A stretch of DNA of 64,000 nucleotides, from positions 930,001 to 994,000 of the forward strand of contig NIVC01000001.1 of NCBI GenBank assembly GCA_002269645.1, given 5' to 3'. This document shows, one piece after another, positions 1-12,687 of the stretch. The notes under the pieces are model-generated. The model did not search any database. It had not been told where the DNA came from and saw only the letters and a program-made list of their open reading frames with translations. The position numbers and the translations under genes are program-made. Position 1 is the stretch's first letter; each line of letters begins with the position of its first letter. Source of the DNA: Macrostomum lignano (lineage: Eukaryota).

Positions 1-2406
1 GCCTCTTTGGTGTTGACAGCATTAAAAGGCCGGTGGACGAGCTGGTCAAAGCGGCTGGTAAAAGGCGAGCAAAAACTGGCCGACCGCTGCCCATTGCTCA
101 GCTGACGGTAAATGATGCCGAACTCTGGATGGTGCTGCGAGTTTTTGTGAATTTATTAGCATTGTCTTGACCAGCTCAAATTTTATACTAACATCTAATT
201 GTCTGCCAATTGTCCCGACTCATTAGTTCCCACACACTATTTATGACCCGAGATTGTTCATGATCCGAGAGATTGTTCATGATCCAAAATTGTATATGAT
301 TCGAGATTGTTCATGATCCGAGAGATTGTTCATGATCCAAGATTGTTCATGATCCGAGAGATTGTTCATGATCCGAGAGATTGTTCATGATCCGAGAGAT
401 TGTTCATGATCCGAGAGATTGTTCATGATCCGAGATTGTTCATGATCCGAGATTGTTCATGATCCGAGAGATTGTTCATGATCCGAGAGATTGTTCATGA
501 TCCGAGAGATTGTTCATGATCCGAGAGATTGTTCATGATCCGAGATTGTTCATGATCCGAGAGATTGTTCATGATCCGAGAGATTGTTCATGATCCGAGA
601 TTGTTCATGATCCGAGAGATTGTTCATGATCCGAGAGATTGTTCATGATCCGAGAGATTGTTCATGATCCGAGAGATTGTTCATGATCCGAGATTGTTCA
701 TGATCCGAGAGATTGTTCATGATCCGAGAGATTGTTCATGATCCGAGAGATTGTTCATGATCCGAGATTGTTCATGATCCGAGATTGTTCATGATCCGAG
801 AGATTGTTCATGATCCGAGAGATTGTTCATGATCCGAGAGATTGTTCATGATCCGAGAGATTGTTCATGATCCGAGATTGTTCATGATCCGAGAGATTGT
901 TCATGATCCGAGAGATTGTTCATGATCCGAGATTGTTCATGATCCGAGAGATTGTTCATGATCCGAGAGATTGTTCATGATCCGAGAGATTGTTCATGAT
1001 CCGAGAGATTGTTCATGATCCGAGATTGTTCATGATCCGAGAGATTGTTCATGATCCGAGAGATTGTTCATGATCCGAGAGATTGTTCATGATCCGAGAT
1101 TGTTCATGATCCGAGATTGTTCATGATCCGAGATTGTTCATGATCCGAGAGATTGTTCATGATCCGAGAGATTGTTCATGATCCGAGATTGTTCATGATC
1201 CGAGAGATTGTTAATGATCCGAGAGATTGTTCATGATCCGAGAGATTGTTCATGATCCGAGAGATTGTTCATGATCCGAGAGATTGTTCATGATCCGAGA
1301 GATTGTTCATGATCCGAGAGATTGTTCATGATCCGAGATTGTTCATGATCCGAGATTGTTCATGATCCGAGATTGTTCATGATCCGAGATTGTTCATGAT
1401 CCGAGATTGTTCATGATCCTTTGTTCATGATCCGAGAGATTGTTCATGATCCGAGATTGTTCATGATCCGAGAGATTGTTAATGATCCGAGAGATTGTTC
1501 ATGATCCGAGAGATTGTTCATGATCCGAGAGATTGTTCATGATCCGAGAGATTGTTCATGATCCGAGATTGTTCATGATCCGAGATTGTTCATAATCCTT
1601 TGTTCATGATCCGAGAGATTGTTCATGATCCGAGATTGTTCATGATCCGAGATTGTTCATGATCCGAGATTGTTCATGATCCTTTGTTCATGATCCGAGA
1701 GATTGTTCATGATCCGAGAGATTGTTCATGATCCGAGAGATTGTTAATGATCCGAGAGATTGTTAATGATCCGAGAGATTGTTCATGATCCGAGAGATTG
1801 TTCATGATCCGAGAGATTGTTCATGATCCGAGAGATTGTTCATGATCCTTTGTTCATGATCCGAGAGATTGTTCATGATCCAAGATTGTTCATGATCCGA
1901 GAGATTGTTCATGATCCGAGAGATTGTTCATGATCCGAGAGATTGTTCATGATCCGAGATTGTTCATGATCCGAGATTGTTCATGATCCGAGATTGTTCA
2001 TGATCCGAGAGATTGTTCATGATCCGAGAGATTGTTTTTGCTCCGAAATTGTTTACCGCAGGTGCTACAGCAGGGCGTCAGCGTGCGGCCGCACCCGCAG
2101 AGCGAGGGCGGCCGAGTTGACAAGGCCTTCCACTCCATCGAAGGCGTGTCCTACGCAGCTGCGGATCCCACAATGCGCCGCATCTTCTGCCTGGTTGTCC
2201 TGCCGGAGGCTGACCAGCAGCAGCAGCAACAGCAGCAGAAGCCAGAGTGCCACGCCTTCGTGTGCAACTCAGTGGAAACGGCCCACCGTCTGGTGCTGGC
2301 CGTGACATTTGCGTTCGAATCTGCGACTTCGGCAGCATCAGCAGCCACAGGTTCGAGGAGGCGCGATGATGAAGGAGAAGAAAACTACTACCAGAAAATG
2401 GTCTGA
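1..2406 (+). CDS. PTB (phosphotyrosine-interaction) domain adaptor protein, last two exons (<3-107 and 2062-2406)
   Basis: GT at 108 and AG at 2060-61 join in phase 0: LFGVDSIKRPVDELVKAAGKRR..LPIAQLT|VLQQGVSVRP..SIEGVSYAAADPTMRRIFCLVV..ECHAFVCNSVETAHRLVLAVTFAF. This matches the PTB pattern (SYxAAD..RIF..CHAF.C..A..L...V..AF). Stop at 2404-06. The orthologue is not identified. Confidence 0.8.
244..2035 (+). repeat. Intronic minisatellite with 19/17-bp unit GATCCGA(GA)GATTGTTCAT, about 95 copies
   Basis: Visible tandem array filling the PTB intron and ending about 25 nt before the acceptor. Confidence 0.97.
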
Positions 2407-2604
2407 TCGGTGGCATGTCGAAGCAAAATTAATTGTTATTTCTAGTAGATTTGCTTTATTGCTTATCAGTTAATATTATTAATAGTTACAGAACTTTTCC
2501 GGGGCCAATGCAACTCTGGGAAAATCTTGCTAACAAGTGTTTCTGTCATTGGAGTAGATTTTACGTTTCAAATTCAGTGAAATTTGCTGTTGCTTGAGAA
2601 CTGA

Positions 2605-2610
2605 AATAAA
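2605..2610 (+). terminator. Candidate polyadenylation signal of the PTB gene
   Basis: AATAAA about 200 nt after the stop codon. Confidence 0.4.
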
Positions 2611-2944
2611 TATTTTCGCTGATGCATTTTTGGAGAAATAAGACTTTCGAATGTTTTCTCACAATACTATTATTTTTGTGTTATGTCATGTTTGCTTTAG
2701 CTAAGTTAAAACAGTTTAATTTATCTCCTGAGCAAAGAGCTTTTTACGTTAATCTAGATAAAGTTTGTGCTTGATTCAAAAGTAGCGTTCCAAGCTGATC
2801 TTGTCTTATCCACTGATGCTTATTACTGGCCTCAGTGACCCAATGCTAATTGAATTTTTACCCTTGTTTTAATCCCACAGAGAAATTGTACGCGCAATCA
2901 CATTAGGTAATACAATATAACTCCTACCTTCGTAACTTTAATTC

Positions 2945-3240
2945 CGAGAGATGGGGTAAAAGAAAAGTCAGAAGATAGGAGAGAAGAGGGGAGAGGAGAA
3001 GGGAGAGAGGGGAGAAGGGAGAGAAGAGGGAAGAGAGAAGAGAGAGGAAAGAGAAGAGGGGAGAGGTAGAGAGGAGAGGGGAGAGGGAGAGAGAGGGAAG
3101 GAGGTGAGAAGAAAGAGCTGAAGAGATATCGACCTTGAGCGGGCCGGATTGCAATTGTGAAGTTCCAAAGGACCCGAGGACCGGATAGAGAGGCTTTGCC
3201 GGGCGCATGTGGCCCGCGGGCCGGAGTTCGCCGACCCCAG
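2945..3240. mobile_element. Partial hAT (Charlie-like) MITE with GA-rich interior
   Basis: Its end, CCGGATAGAGAGGCTT..GCGGGCCGGAGTTCGCCGACCCC, matches the end of the complete element at 22825-23152. The left TIR was not found. Confidence 0.6.
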
Positions 3241-3467
3241 GTGTAGGGTATTGGGTCGGGCTCCGCCCACGCGTTTGAACTAAAAGAGTTACCAAGCTAC
3301 GAGCTACCAGTAACACAGGGAGCAAATAGAGCTGAAGCCGAAATCCAAAATTCTCGGGTTGAACCATAGATCTTATGTATCCCGTATCCCGTATATGTAT
3401 TTTTGTAAATAAGATCCTTGAGTTGAACAGTTCGCTTCATTCCACTAGACAACGAGAATATAATAGG

Positions 3468-3950
3468 AAAGAGAGAGAGAGAGAAGAGGAGAGAGAGGGA
3501 GAGGAGAGAGGGAGAGAGAGGAAGAGAGAGGGGAGAGAGGGGAGAGAGAGAGAGCGAGAGAGAGAGAGCGAGAGAGAGAGCGAGAGAGAGAGCGAGAGAG
3601 AGCGAGAGAGAGAGAGCGAGAGAGAGCGAGAGAGAGAGCGAGAGAGAGAGCGAGAGAGAGAGCGAGAGAGAGAGCGAGAGAGAGAGCGAGAGAGAGAGCG
3701 AGAGAGAGAGCGAGAGAGAGAGCGAGAGAGAGAGCGAGAGAGAGAGAACGAGAGAGAGAGAGAGAGAGCGAGAGAGCGAGAGAGAGAGAGCGAGAGAGAG
3801 ATCGAGAGAGAGAGCGAGAGAGAGAGCGAGAGAGAGAGCGAGAGAGAGAGCGAGAGAGAGAGCGAGAGAGAGAGCGAGAGAGAGAGAGCGAGAGAGAGAA
3901 CGAGAGAGAGAGCGAGAGAGAGAGCGAGAGAGAGAGCGAGAGAGAGAGAA
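3468..3950. repeat. (GA)n/(GAGAGC)n microsatellite
   Basis: Directly visible; it produces the spurious ER-rich and SL-rich ORFs. Confidence 0.98.
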
Positions 3951-6447
3951 TTGTCTAAACGCAAGAACTGCCACTCCCAGACCGCATGTTTGGGAACAAT
4001 ATATCTGAAGGTACAGCGGCACAAGTTATCAATTCAAAACGTAAACAAAACCGCGGAGCTGATGCAGGAAAAAATTGAAGCAAATTATGTTCAAAGCAAA
4101 GAGTACCGAGCTAACAGTTATTTCGGGTAAAAATCTTTAGCAACTTCTAAATGCCTCAACGATGTCCACGTTTTCTAGAGTCAGCACAGGTGTCCGCAGC
4201 TGTCGTGTGTCTCTTAAGATGTGTTCCTGACAAATTCTTGTCGTTTTCGTGACTTTTACATCTCCTCGAAGTCCAACTCGACAAGGCCAGCAAACGTTGG
4301 TTTCACAAATGAAAAGAAAAGTAAGATGGACCAATGACGCAGTGGAGTTGGAGCGCTGATCGGACCGTATCAGAGAAAAGAGAATTTCCAGTTTTTTATT
4401 AGAATTGTATTACGGAATCAAGAACTGACAACACATTTACTCGTATTTACCAAAGCTTGCTATTCGCCCTGATATGGCCCTGCATGACGGTTGAGAAATG
4501 TGCTAGCTACAGTGAACACTACTTTCTCGTGTGAAAAAGGTCCTCAAATGGATAAATTACTGACGTTAATGGCGATTTTTATAACCATTGACATATAGCC
4601 AAGCATTCTTAAATGGATTTACTGCACGGCTTGGGATTTACTGCACAGTCGCGTTATCTATCTATGTCTATGGCTAAAACCAGAAGAATGCTTTGCTCAT
4701 AAATCAATGAATCTATCACTAGGTTCCTTAGAATGCGTTAGCGCACTCGTGCCATAGACTATTCACGCACTCGAAACCTAGAGATAAATCTACCATTTAT
4801 GCTTTGATGAACATTGTTAAATGGTTAGCTTGTAAGAGAAGGTATCTATACACAATAAAAAGATAATAATTTTCGACTTAATAAAAATGGGGAGATCGGC
4901 AGCCGGAGATCCTAAATCAAACCTTAGTTTTTGCACTCGTGGCGGAGATCGGCAGCCGGAGATCCTAAATCAAACCTTAGTTTTTGCACTCGTGACGGAG
5001 ATCGGCAAACGGTGCATAGTGCATAATCTCCAAGGGGACAACAGAATCTGGTTTAGGATCTCCGGATGAAGAGCCCTGCCCAGTGCCCATGCCCCGGAGA
5101 TCCCACAAAGGTTACGGTAGTATTCTTAGTCTCCGTAGGAGATCTTAAACCTTTTAAAGTCCCCGGTCGGAGATCCCAGTTCGTTTGCAGTCTCCGGATC
5201 GGCGACTCAAAACTGGCCGGAGCCCCAGAGATTCTAAACCGTAATACCGGCTGGTTCGGGTCGACGTCCGGCTCCAAGAACAGTGCAAAGGCTATTTAAA
5301 ATCTGAAGACGGTCGCTCCAGAACAATTACCTCAAAATTTCATCACAAACAACAAAGAACCAAGACCCATAAAGATGTGATTCAAGAGTTAAGGGCCAAA
5401 TGTACTTTGAATCAAGCTGCTGCATCTCGGCTGAATTCTTCAACCGTCAGATTCACTGCTTAGCAGCATTTTGCCACGCAATACTACTGATCAAGAGGCA
5501 ACTTCAGCATTGGTAGTGGTGGCAGTGCAGGTCTCAGGAGCTTTTGGAAGCAGCCACAGAAACTTCTGGGCAAGCACCACATTAACATAACGAAAGCAGG
5601 CAAAGACTATTTTGAGCTGCTATATTTCTTAAATTGTAGTCTATTCGAAACCAGTAAATTTATTCCTTTATGGCTGCCTTCTTTTGAGTGATTCTTTTCG
5701 GGAACCTTGATAGTCGGGGGTGCTGTAGATTTTTGCCAGAGCGTCATACAACGCCGGTGACAGCGGTGTAGGGTACACGAGTGATCCGATACTAAACTAT
5801 ACTTATGCGGTAGTATTCAGTGTATAAGTACCAACGAGTGTCGCAACACCTCTAGTAGCAACGCGAATTCTGAGCTTCATCACGCCAAACCGAGCTCACT
5901 GTGCACACAGAGCGTCACTACGTCTGTCCTTTCATTCTACTGAGATTTTTAATTAGGGCGCGTTGGTTATTTTTCAAAATAGAGTAAAATTACGCTCGTA
6001 CATAAGGTCCAAAACAAAACATATCAGTAAAATACATGCTTCAGCTCATTGTAGGAAAAAGTACCATGCTATGAATACTTCGTATTACCGAAAGCGTAAA
6101 ACAATGAAAACGGTTACCACAAGAGTCAAAAATTAGCAGTAGCATTTTATAATAAAATCAGAATAGGTGAAAATATTGTAATTTTGCCTCTGAATGTCAA
6201 GTTAGCCTGATCAGGCTCTAACAGATGGCAAGGTAAAGTAATTATGATCCCATTAAGTGGAAAAACTCGGAAGTAACATTATACACTCGTACTGCTTTGT
6301 AAAAAAACTACAATTATAGTGAAATCATCCATTATCCGCGCTGTCGATCACTTGAACCCCGCTCGGCTTCGACTCTGCAACCTCCACCGAGTCGCTGAGC
6401 TCTCTCGGAATTAAGCTGGCTCCCGGGTAGCTTTGCATGAGAGGCAA

Positions 6448-9447
6448 TTAATCTCTGAACAGTTCTAGCAAACTGGCGGCAAAGTCAGCGCTTGGATCCA
6501 TCGACGAACTCTCGTCTTCGAAACCCGTGACGTCATCCCATTCGACCACCTTGAAACAGTTGCCTCCCTCCTCGGCGAACTTGACCAGAGCGTCGCGGAA
6601 CTCGGCCAGATGAGCTCGCACATCGCCAGTCCTGATGCCGCCGACTCTGCACTCTGCCTGCTTCCGGATGCCGAGCACGCAGGTAGGAATTTCGAACGCG
6701 ATTCTCCTCGATCGCCAGTCGTGCACTCGGAACGAGTAGCGCCTGCCGCTGGCCGCTCGAAACTCGTGCACACTCGACTGAGCTCCGAGCTCCGCGAGCC
6801 GGCTCAGCAACTTGGACTCGTCCGGGTAGCGACCGCTCTTCGGGATCACGAACGTGTACGGCAGGTCGAACGGGATTGGCTCTGCAGAGCTGGACAGCTG
6901 CTGCATGTCTGAAATGAGTAGAGATGCTCAGTTAGACCAGCAGCTAAGACCAAGCTAATACTCGTAGTAATGACGTGACATCAGTTTTGAAATAAGTCAC
7001 TACTTACAATCACTGAGGGGCTGCGCGAATCCGATCCACGTGTTTGCCGCCATCGCGAACGCCATCGACATCAGAGGAAGCTCGTCTCTGACCGACTCTG
7101 CGCTTGACTGCTGAGCAGCTCTCGATACGAAACTCCACTCGTCAATCAACAGAAAGTCCTCAACTGCAGCAAGCATCTGTGACCGTAAAGAGTCACCGTC
7201 CTCCGCGATGTCGATCACGTGAAGCGAGCTCGGCTCCGACTCCGCTACCTCCTCCGAGCTGGTGTCGCTGAGCTCTCTCAGAATCGAGTTCGCTCTCGGG
7301 TGGCTCTGGATGAAGCGCAACTCGTTTCTGAACTGCTGGAACATTGCCGTCTTGTCCTGATCGGCCATCCTGAGCTTCTGCATGACGAACATGGGTGCAG
7401 CGTAGCCGCAGAAGACCACTGCGTGCGAGTAGGTCGACTGGTCCTTCGTGAGCGGCCTCTCCAGCTGCAGCAGGTACGCCGTTACTCGCTTCTTGTAGCC
7501 GGGACTGTCGAACTCGAGACACAGCTCAGTCGATGCGGTGCTCACCTTGCTGCATCCAGGAAACAGCATCTGTGGACACACACAGGATACCGGCTGGTGC
7601 TGGCTGCTCACGGCGCGCTCGTCCAGCAGCAAGAAGTACTTGGGGACGACTAGGATATTGCTGGGGTTGACATCGGTGAGTCCGAAGTTTATGAGCACTT
7701 GTTCTCGGATGAGGCCTTGAGTATCGAGCAGTGACGAGCGGATCTGGCGTCGCATGTTGGGCAGCACGTAGCCGAGGAACCCGGCGGCCAGTTGCCATGC
7801 GAAGCTCTCGCCTGGGCTGCTAAAGCCGCTGTATTCTGAAAGGATTTGCAAATGGTGCGGAGAGAAGCTAATGCTTTACCTTTTAAGTTTCATCTATATT
7901 AAGTGATGCAGTAAGCTTTTCTGGCTATGCAGATCAGCGGCGAAGTAATTGTTTATTTGAGTTGGAATTATAGTGATGATAAATTCTTCTTTTAATGACC
8001 ACCTGGGTTCCAAAAGTTACGCAAAATGAATGCACAATTTCGTAAGAAAAAAAGTCTTTTGTTTCAAAATTCCATACTTACCTAGTTCTGTATTGTTTAA
8101 ATCTTCCAAGAGTTTTCCAACTCTTTTCGTATTCAAATCGTGCAGTTTCAGCACCTTCATCATTCGTGTTGGAAGCAGCTGCGACAGGTACAGGTGACTG
8201 TCTGTTTTGCTTCTGTAGTTCTTGATTAGGTGGGCCATGCGCTTTCTTAGCCTATGACACTGTAATGTTTGCATGGTTTTGAAAGCAATAAGTATCGAGC
8301 CTTGACCTTGGGCTTACTAAATTGCCCTGTGCTCCAATTGCAAGTGGAGGCAAATGATTACTACAGAATTCAACTGCAACCTGAGTTCGCAAATTTGCAT
8401 TGGACCGTTTGAATTTTTGATTGTAGCCTAAAAGTCTACATTCTTCCTACATGAATCTGTGTAGGTAGAAATTGCAAAATAATAACTTTTTTACTTAATA
8501 TGCATATACCAATTTATCAACAATTTTCTCAATCGCAAACTCAATTAGTTTCTTTCTTAATTTCCTAGCCCAAATAACTACATTTACTTGTAACTTTGCA
8601 TCAATTAATCCTTTTTAAATTTGTTGGTAACTATAGCGAAGTAACGAGAGGATTCAGAAAAGGGTAACAATCGTTATGCTGCATGCCATCAATAAGTTCC
8701 ACTCTACCTTAAAAAATAGATATCTATAGATATCTATAGATATCTATCTAGAAAAAAAAATAGCTCCATACCAAGACGCTCTACACTACCAAGATACTTT
8801 ACACCACCATGTCGCTCTAATCTACCAAAACGCTTTACACTGTCAAGACCCCTACACTACCAATAAGATTCGCAATACCAATAAGATAGTGATGGTTCGC
8901 TCTTATCAATAATGTCCCCTTAATTATTTTAAATAATTGCTTCGAGCAGAAAAAAGCTAATAAGTCCTCGCGCGAGTGCCTCTAAATCTTGGTGAGATTC
9001 AGAAAATGATCAGCAACAACGTATAAGAACTTGTCAATCCTTACCCTCTCCACTGTTTGTCTAAGAAGTTTGGTCAGAAGTGTTGCAGATTCCGGTTGAA
9101 ATGCAGTAAAAGAGTTAAATACTAGTAGAACTTGATGACTTTCATCAATGCTGCTGTACACGGAATTCCCAGAGTTGCAAGGATGTTCTACCAGATTCAA
9201 ACAGCCTCTCAGGAGATCAACGACATTGTCATAGAGTCGGTCCTCCCCGTCACTGGAACCAACCACGATGATGGTGACGGTTCTGTTTCTGTCTGAAAAT
9301 ATTTAGTCGCACTCTTACTGCATCAGAATTCGGTTGTACTAGTATTGAGAGTTATAACAGAAACTGTGCACCGTCTATATACTGTAGTAAATTAACAAAC
9401 ATGCGATAGAGTCACGTACCTTGATTGAAGAATTGATGGCTGCACAT
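6448..9447 (-). CDS. STING-like copy A: TIR-like domain plus two tandem STING CBDs (about 580 aa if started at ATG 9447)
   Basis: Exons 9447-9420, 9292-9045, 8259-8082, 7835-7008 and 6908-6448; all GT-AG, phases 1/0/1/1 consistent. CBD1: GESFAWQLAAGFLGYVLP..PGYKKRVTAY..CGYAAP. CBD2: SMAFAMAANTWIGF..PYTFVIP..GRRYSFRV..FEIPT. Compare STING GLAWSYYIGYLRLILP / GIKDRVYSNSIY / LEYATP. The true start is uncertain. Confidence 0.75.
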
Positions 9448-9824
9448 ATATACTCGATCAACATGAGATTTATAGAATTCAATTTTTTATGCACTGAAAC
9501 AGCTTCAACAGGTTAGAAAGCAAAAAGTCTTCAGTAAGTTTAAGGTTACCGTCAAGATCCGAACTTCCACTAAAGCATCTCTACGTCAAACAATGGTACA
9601 GCTAATAGATAAAAATAGTCAGACAGAAAAACCAAGGCAATACCGCGGACTTGCTGTGGACGTTCCGTATGAACCCCGTCTTCGTGTCTATTATCTGCGA
9701 TACAATCTAGTTTATTTTCAAGCAAATAAACTGTTACATATGACAGATTAAGAGAGCATTGAAACAACCTCACAGATAGCGCTTTATAAAAAGTGTCTAC
9801 CTCTGAGTCTCTTATGTTGGCCAT
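9448..9824 (-). pseudogene. Disrupted 5' exon region of copy A (possible degenerate first TIR-like domain)
   Basis: An acceptor (ctatag) lies 4 nt before ATG 9824. The ORF YVTVYLLENKLD..QQVRGIALVFLS loosely resembles the first exon of gene F, but has a TAG at 9570 and no splice route I could find to the 9420 donor. Confidence 0.35.
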
Positions 9825-10069
9825 TTAACTATAGCCTCTATTGTAACTACTGAACCACAACGCTAAGAATATTTCTGAATTCTTTCTTTTTGCAGATGCA
9901 ACCAGGAGGGCCAACAGACAGTCTCCTAAATGTCCAGATCGTCTTACTAAAATTAGTTTGACGATACTACAGAGACGTTAAAATGTTTTAATAGCGCTAG
10001 TAAAAAAAAAGAAAATTTTTGTTGTTCTTCCTTCTTCTGATTACACGGAAACCTGTCTGGCAGAGCGAC

Positions 10070-10620
10070 ACACCACCAGGCAGGCGCGCGGATCCAGCCC
10101 ATGTTATCAGCGGCCTCCGAAAAAACCGCGACGACCGAAAGCCAACCTCAGATGACGCAGAAGAAGGGTTCGAGTGGACGTTTCCTGGCCGAGCGGCAGA
10201 GGCGCAAAAAAGACGCGTGGCGTCGAACTTGGTCGGCGAAACTCCTCGACGTCGGCACTCCTAAGGAGAGCAGAAATAAATATCGCAACCAATTCGTAGG
10301 CATCCTGAAGTTGTCCATGCCGCCACTGCAAAGAAAACTAAAAGACAAAGCGGTAGGACCGTCCGAGACGAGGTCCCAGTGGAGGCCCTGCGGCTATCAC
10401 AAGCGTGATGAACCGTGAACCGCGCGTACTTGATGGCGCCCACCACATGGAACACAGCACACATTGTGCCGACCCCGAAGAAGGCCGGTACAACACAAAA
10501 AGAAAGCCAACCCTGAGATCTTGCTGAGGTACATGTACTGCGTATCTCCAATACGAGCATATCGGGTTACCGTTTGACCGAAATCCTCCCACTTTTCGTT
10601 TCCACGAACTTCCAGAAAGC
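10070..10620 (+). mobile_element. Decayed non-LTR retrotransposon (LINE) ORF2 fragment
   Basis: Across frameshifts and stops it reads ..RDEVPVEALRLSQA**TVNRAYLMAPTTWNTAHIVPTPKKAG, resembling the pre-RT motif GPDxxPxExLK..PxxWxxAxIxxIPK. Confidence 0.6.
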
Positions 10621-11376
10621 TGAGGCCGAGCTACGATTTTAATTGCTTCAGTCCATCAGGTTTAACGGCAGATGATCGCCGCTATCATTTCATTGTGTCG
10701 CGGTGAAACTCTGCGACACAGTGGCGCTGGAGAAACGGATGGCGACAATGTGACTCTGCCTCACTAAATCCGTATAAGAGATTTCAGTTTTGCTTTAATG
10801 CTTAAATTCTTACCAGCACATGTAGCGGTAACTCTTTTCTTGAACGTGATTTTACTACCCGCGGTTATTTACGGATTTACAGAGAGCTGATAAATTACGC
10901 GATTCGTACGTTATCTTTGTTATTTTTATACATCCTGTTCTTAAACAGCAGCTGTCCACTGCGATCGAATGATATGGCATGGCAAAAAACAATCTAGCTC
11001 GTAATGACTGAAAAAATATCAAGCACCTGCAACAAATGGGTTCATTTCACAATCGTAAATCACTAAGAATTTCATAGAAAACTCAATTGTATTCAGTATA
11101 CATAAACTAAACAGCAACGATCGCAGACAGACAGGAATAAGCGCCAGCCCCCACAGAAGAAGGTTAGCGTAAAAAGCCTGAACGTTATTGACTTCTTCCT
11201 GCAGAATCTGTGTAGACTAACAACGAGCTAAATACAATAATTTGGCAGTCTGGCTACATGTATAACTGTATCATGCATCAAGGAAATGTAATCAATGAAA
11301 GTAGCGACGGGTATGCAATTGTCAGGTCGTATAGAACGTCTTGATAATATTTCGAATAGAAATTATTTCTAAAATA

Positions 11377-12143
11377 TGTAGTGACTGGCTGCTAACTGGC
11401 TATTCAGCAGCACTCACTAGCTTTCCCTAAGAGTGCTGTGATCCGCTGCACAGTAGCTCGGTCCACCTGATCTAGTGAGAGAGTTACCCTGTGCTGGGCC
11501 TAAGTGTTTACTGCCCGATGACTCATCGCCTGAGCGGGTGCGGCAGCCACACAAAATGTCTTCCCCTCCCGCGCTGAGGAGGCGAAGCAGGATGACTCAT
11601 CACCTGCGCGGAGTGTAATGGCTACCTAGAGGGAGTAAACAGGATGACTCATCTGCCCAAGTTATTTTTAGCACAGAATAAGCACGTGACTGTGCACGCA
11701 CGCTGTGCGTGGCCACTGACCTTGAGTCACGCCACTGCTGCGTGACAGGGTTGCCTTATTTGGAAGTTGGCCTTGGATCACGAGTCGCTCGCATGATTCT
11801 GAGGACCAAATAAGGAAGTTTCACGCGCTCACCGCATGAAACTCACGTGACTTTTGGGGGTCCGCTCGGCTATAAATACGGAGCATCTGAGAGCCGTTTT
11901 TCTCCAGATCGTGAGCCGCGTTAGGGAGCTTCCTCGACTCGAGCTGCCTCTGCCTTCGAGCTCTCCTCTCTCATTTCAGGTTTTTCAGGTTTTCAGGTTC
12001 GAGCAGCATTCTACTAAGACGATCGACTGTCGAGACATTTTCAGATTTGCCTTTGCTCCGAGCGACTTTGTTATATATTTTATTTCAGGTGACGGATAGA
12101 CAACTCTGCCGACGCGTCGAGTCCGCACACCAAGGTGGCAGCA
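11377..12143 (+). mobile_element. LTR-like element (probable solo LTR) inside the STING cluster
   Basis: Starts TGTAGTGA and ends GGTGGCAGCA, like the element at 61039-61860. Contains GGCTATAAATA (TATA at 11871) and four TGA(C/G)TCA sites. No target-site duplication found. Confidence 0.45.
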
Positions 12144-12687
12144 ACCCTACCAAGTCAAGGCTAACGTTTTAGGTTCATTTTCAGGCAAATCGATAAGTAG
12201 TACAACGTTGCTATCTAGCTACTTCAGGAGCAGCGGGTTCTATTTCTAGGAAAATCTTTAAGAACCCGAGAAGGAGTAGTACTTCAAATACATGCACAGT
12301 AAAGCAGATTGAAATAATATTTAAGTGAAGTATGTGGTAGGAATTTTGAGATATTTATTTCACCAACAAAAAACACCAACAAATGTTGATTCATTGGCAA
12401 GCAAAAACTGGCACAAAATGGATTTTCATATTTATCATACAATACTCTCGAGGAGTTGCAGGAGTGAAGTCTTCACAGGAAAATTAGGAATTCTAATGAC
12501 TAACAAGTTTAGAGTACAGCAACTAACTAGTCAAGCGGGTTGATGACTATTGAGAGATTAGTTTTATCCATACATTACAAAAAGAGGAAATGCACATGTG
12601 TTAGTCTGCTGCTATCAACAAGCTGAGCAAAAACCTAAAAAATTATTTTCGCCTTGCCCTACCAGTAGGTGACGTCATCACATTCGG

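Noticed and set aside
3297-4130. ER-rich and SL-rich ORFs
   Set aside because: They are translations of the (GA)n microsatellite.
4137-4334. Possible THAP zinc-finger remnant (..W..RVG..KVTKTTRICQEH)
   Set aside because: The resemblance to the RICSxHF motif is weak, the N-terminal C-x-C is missing, and a frameshift would be needed. An HMM search would be required.
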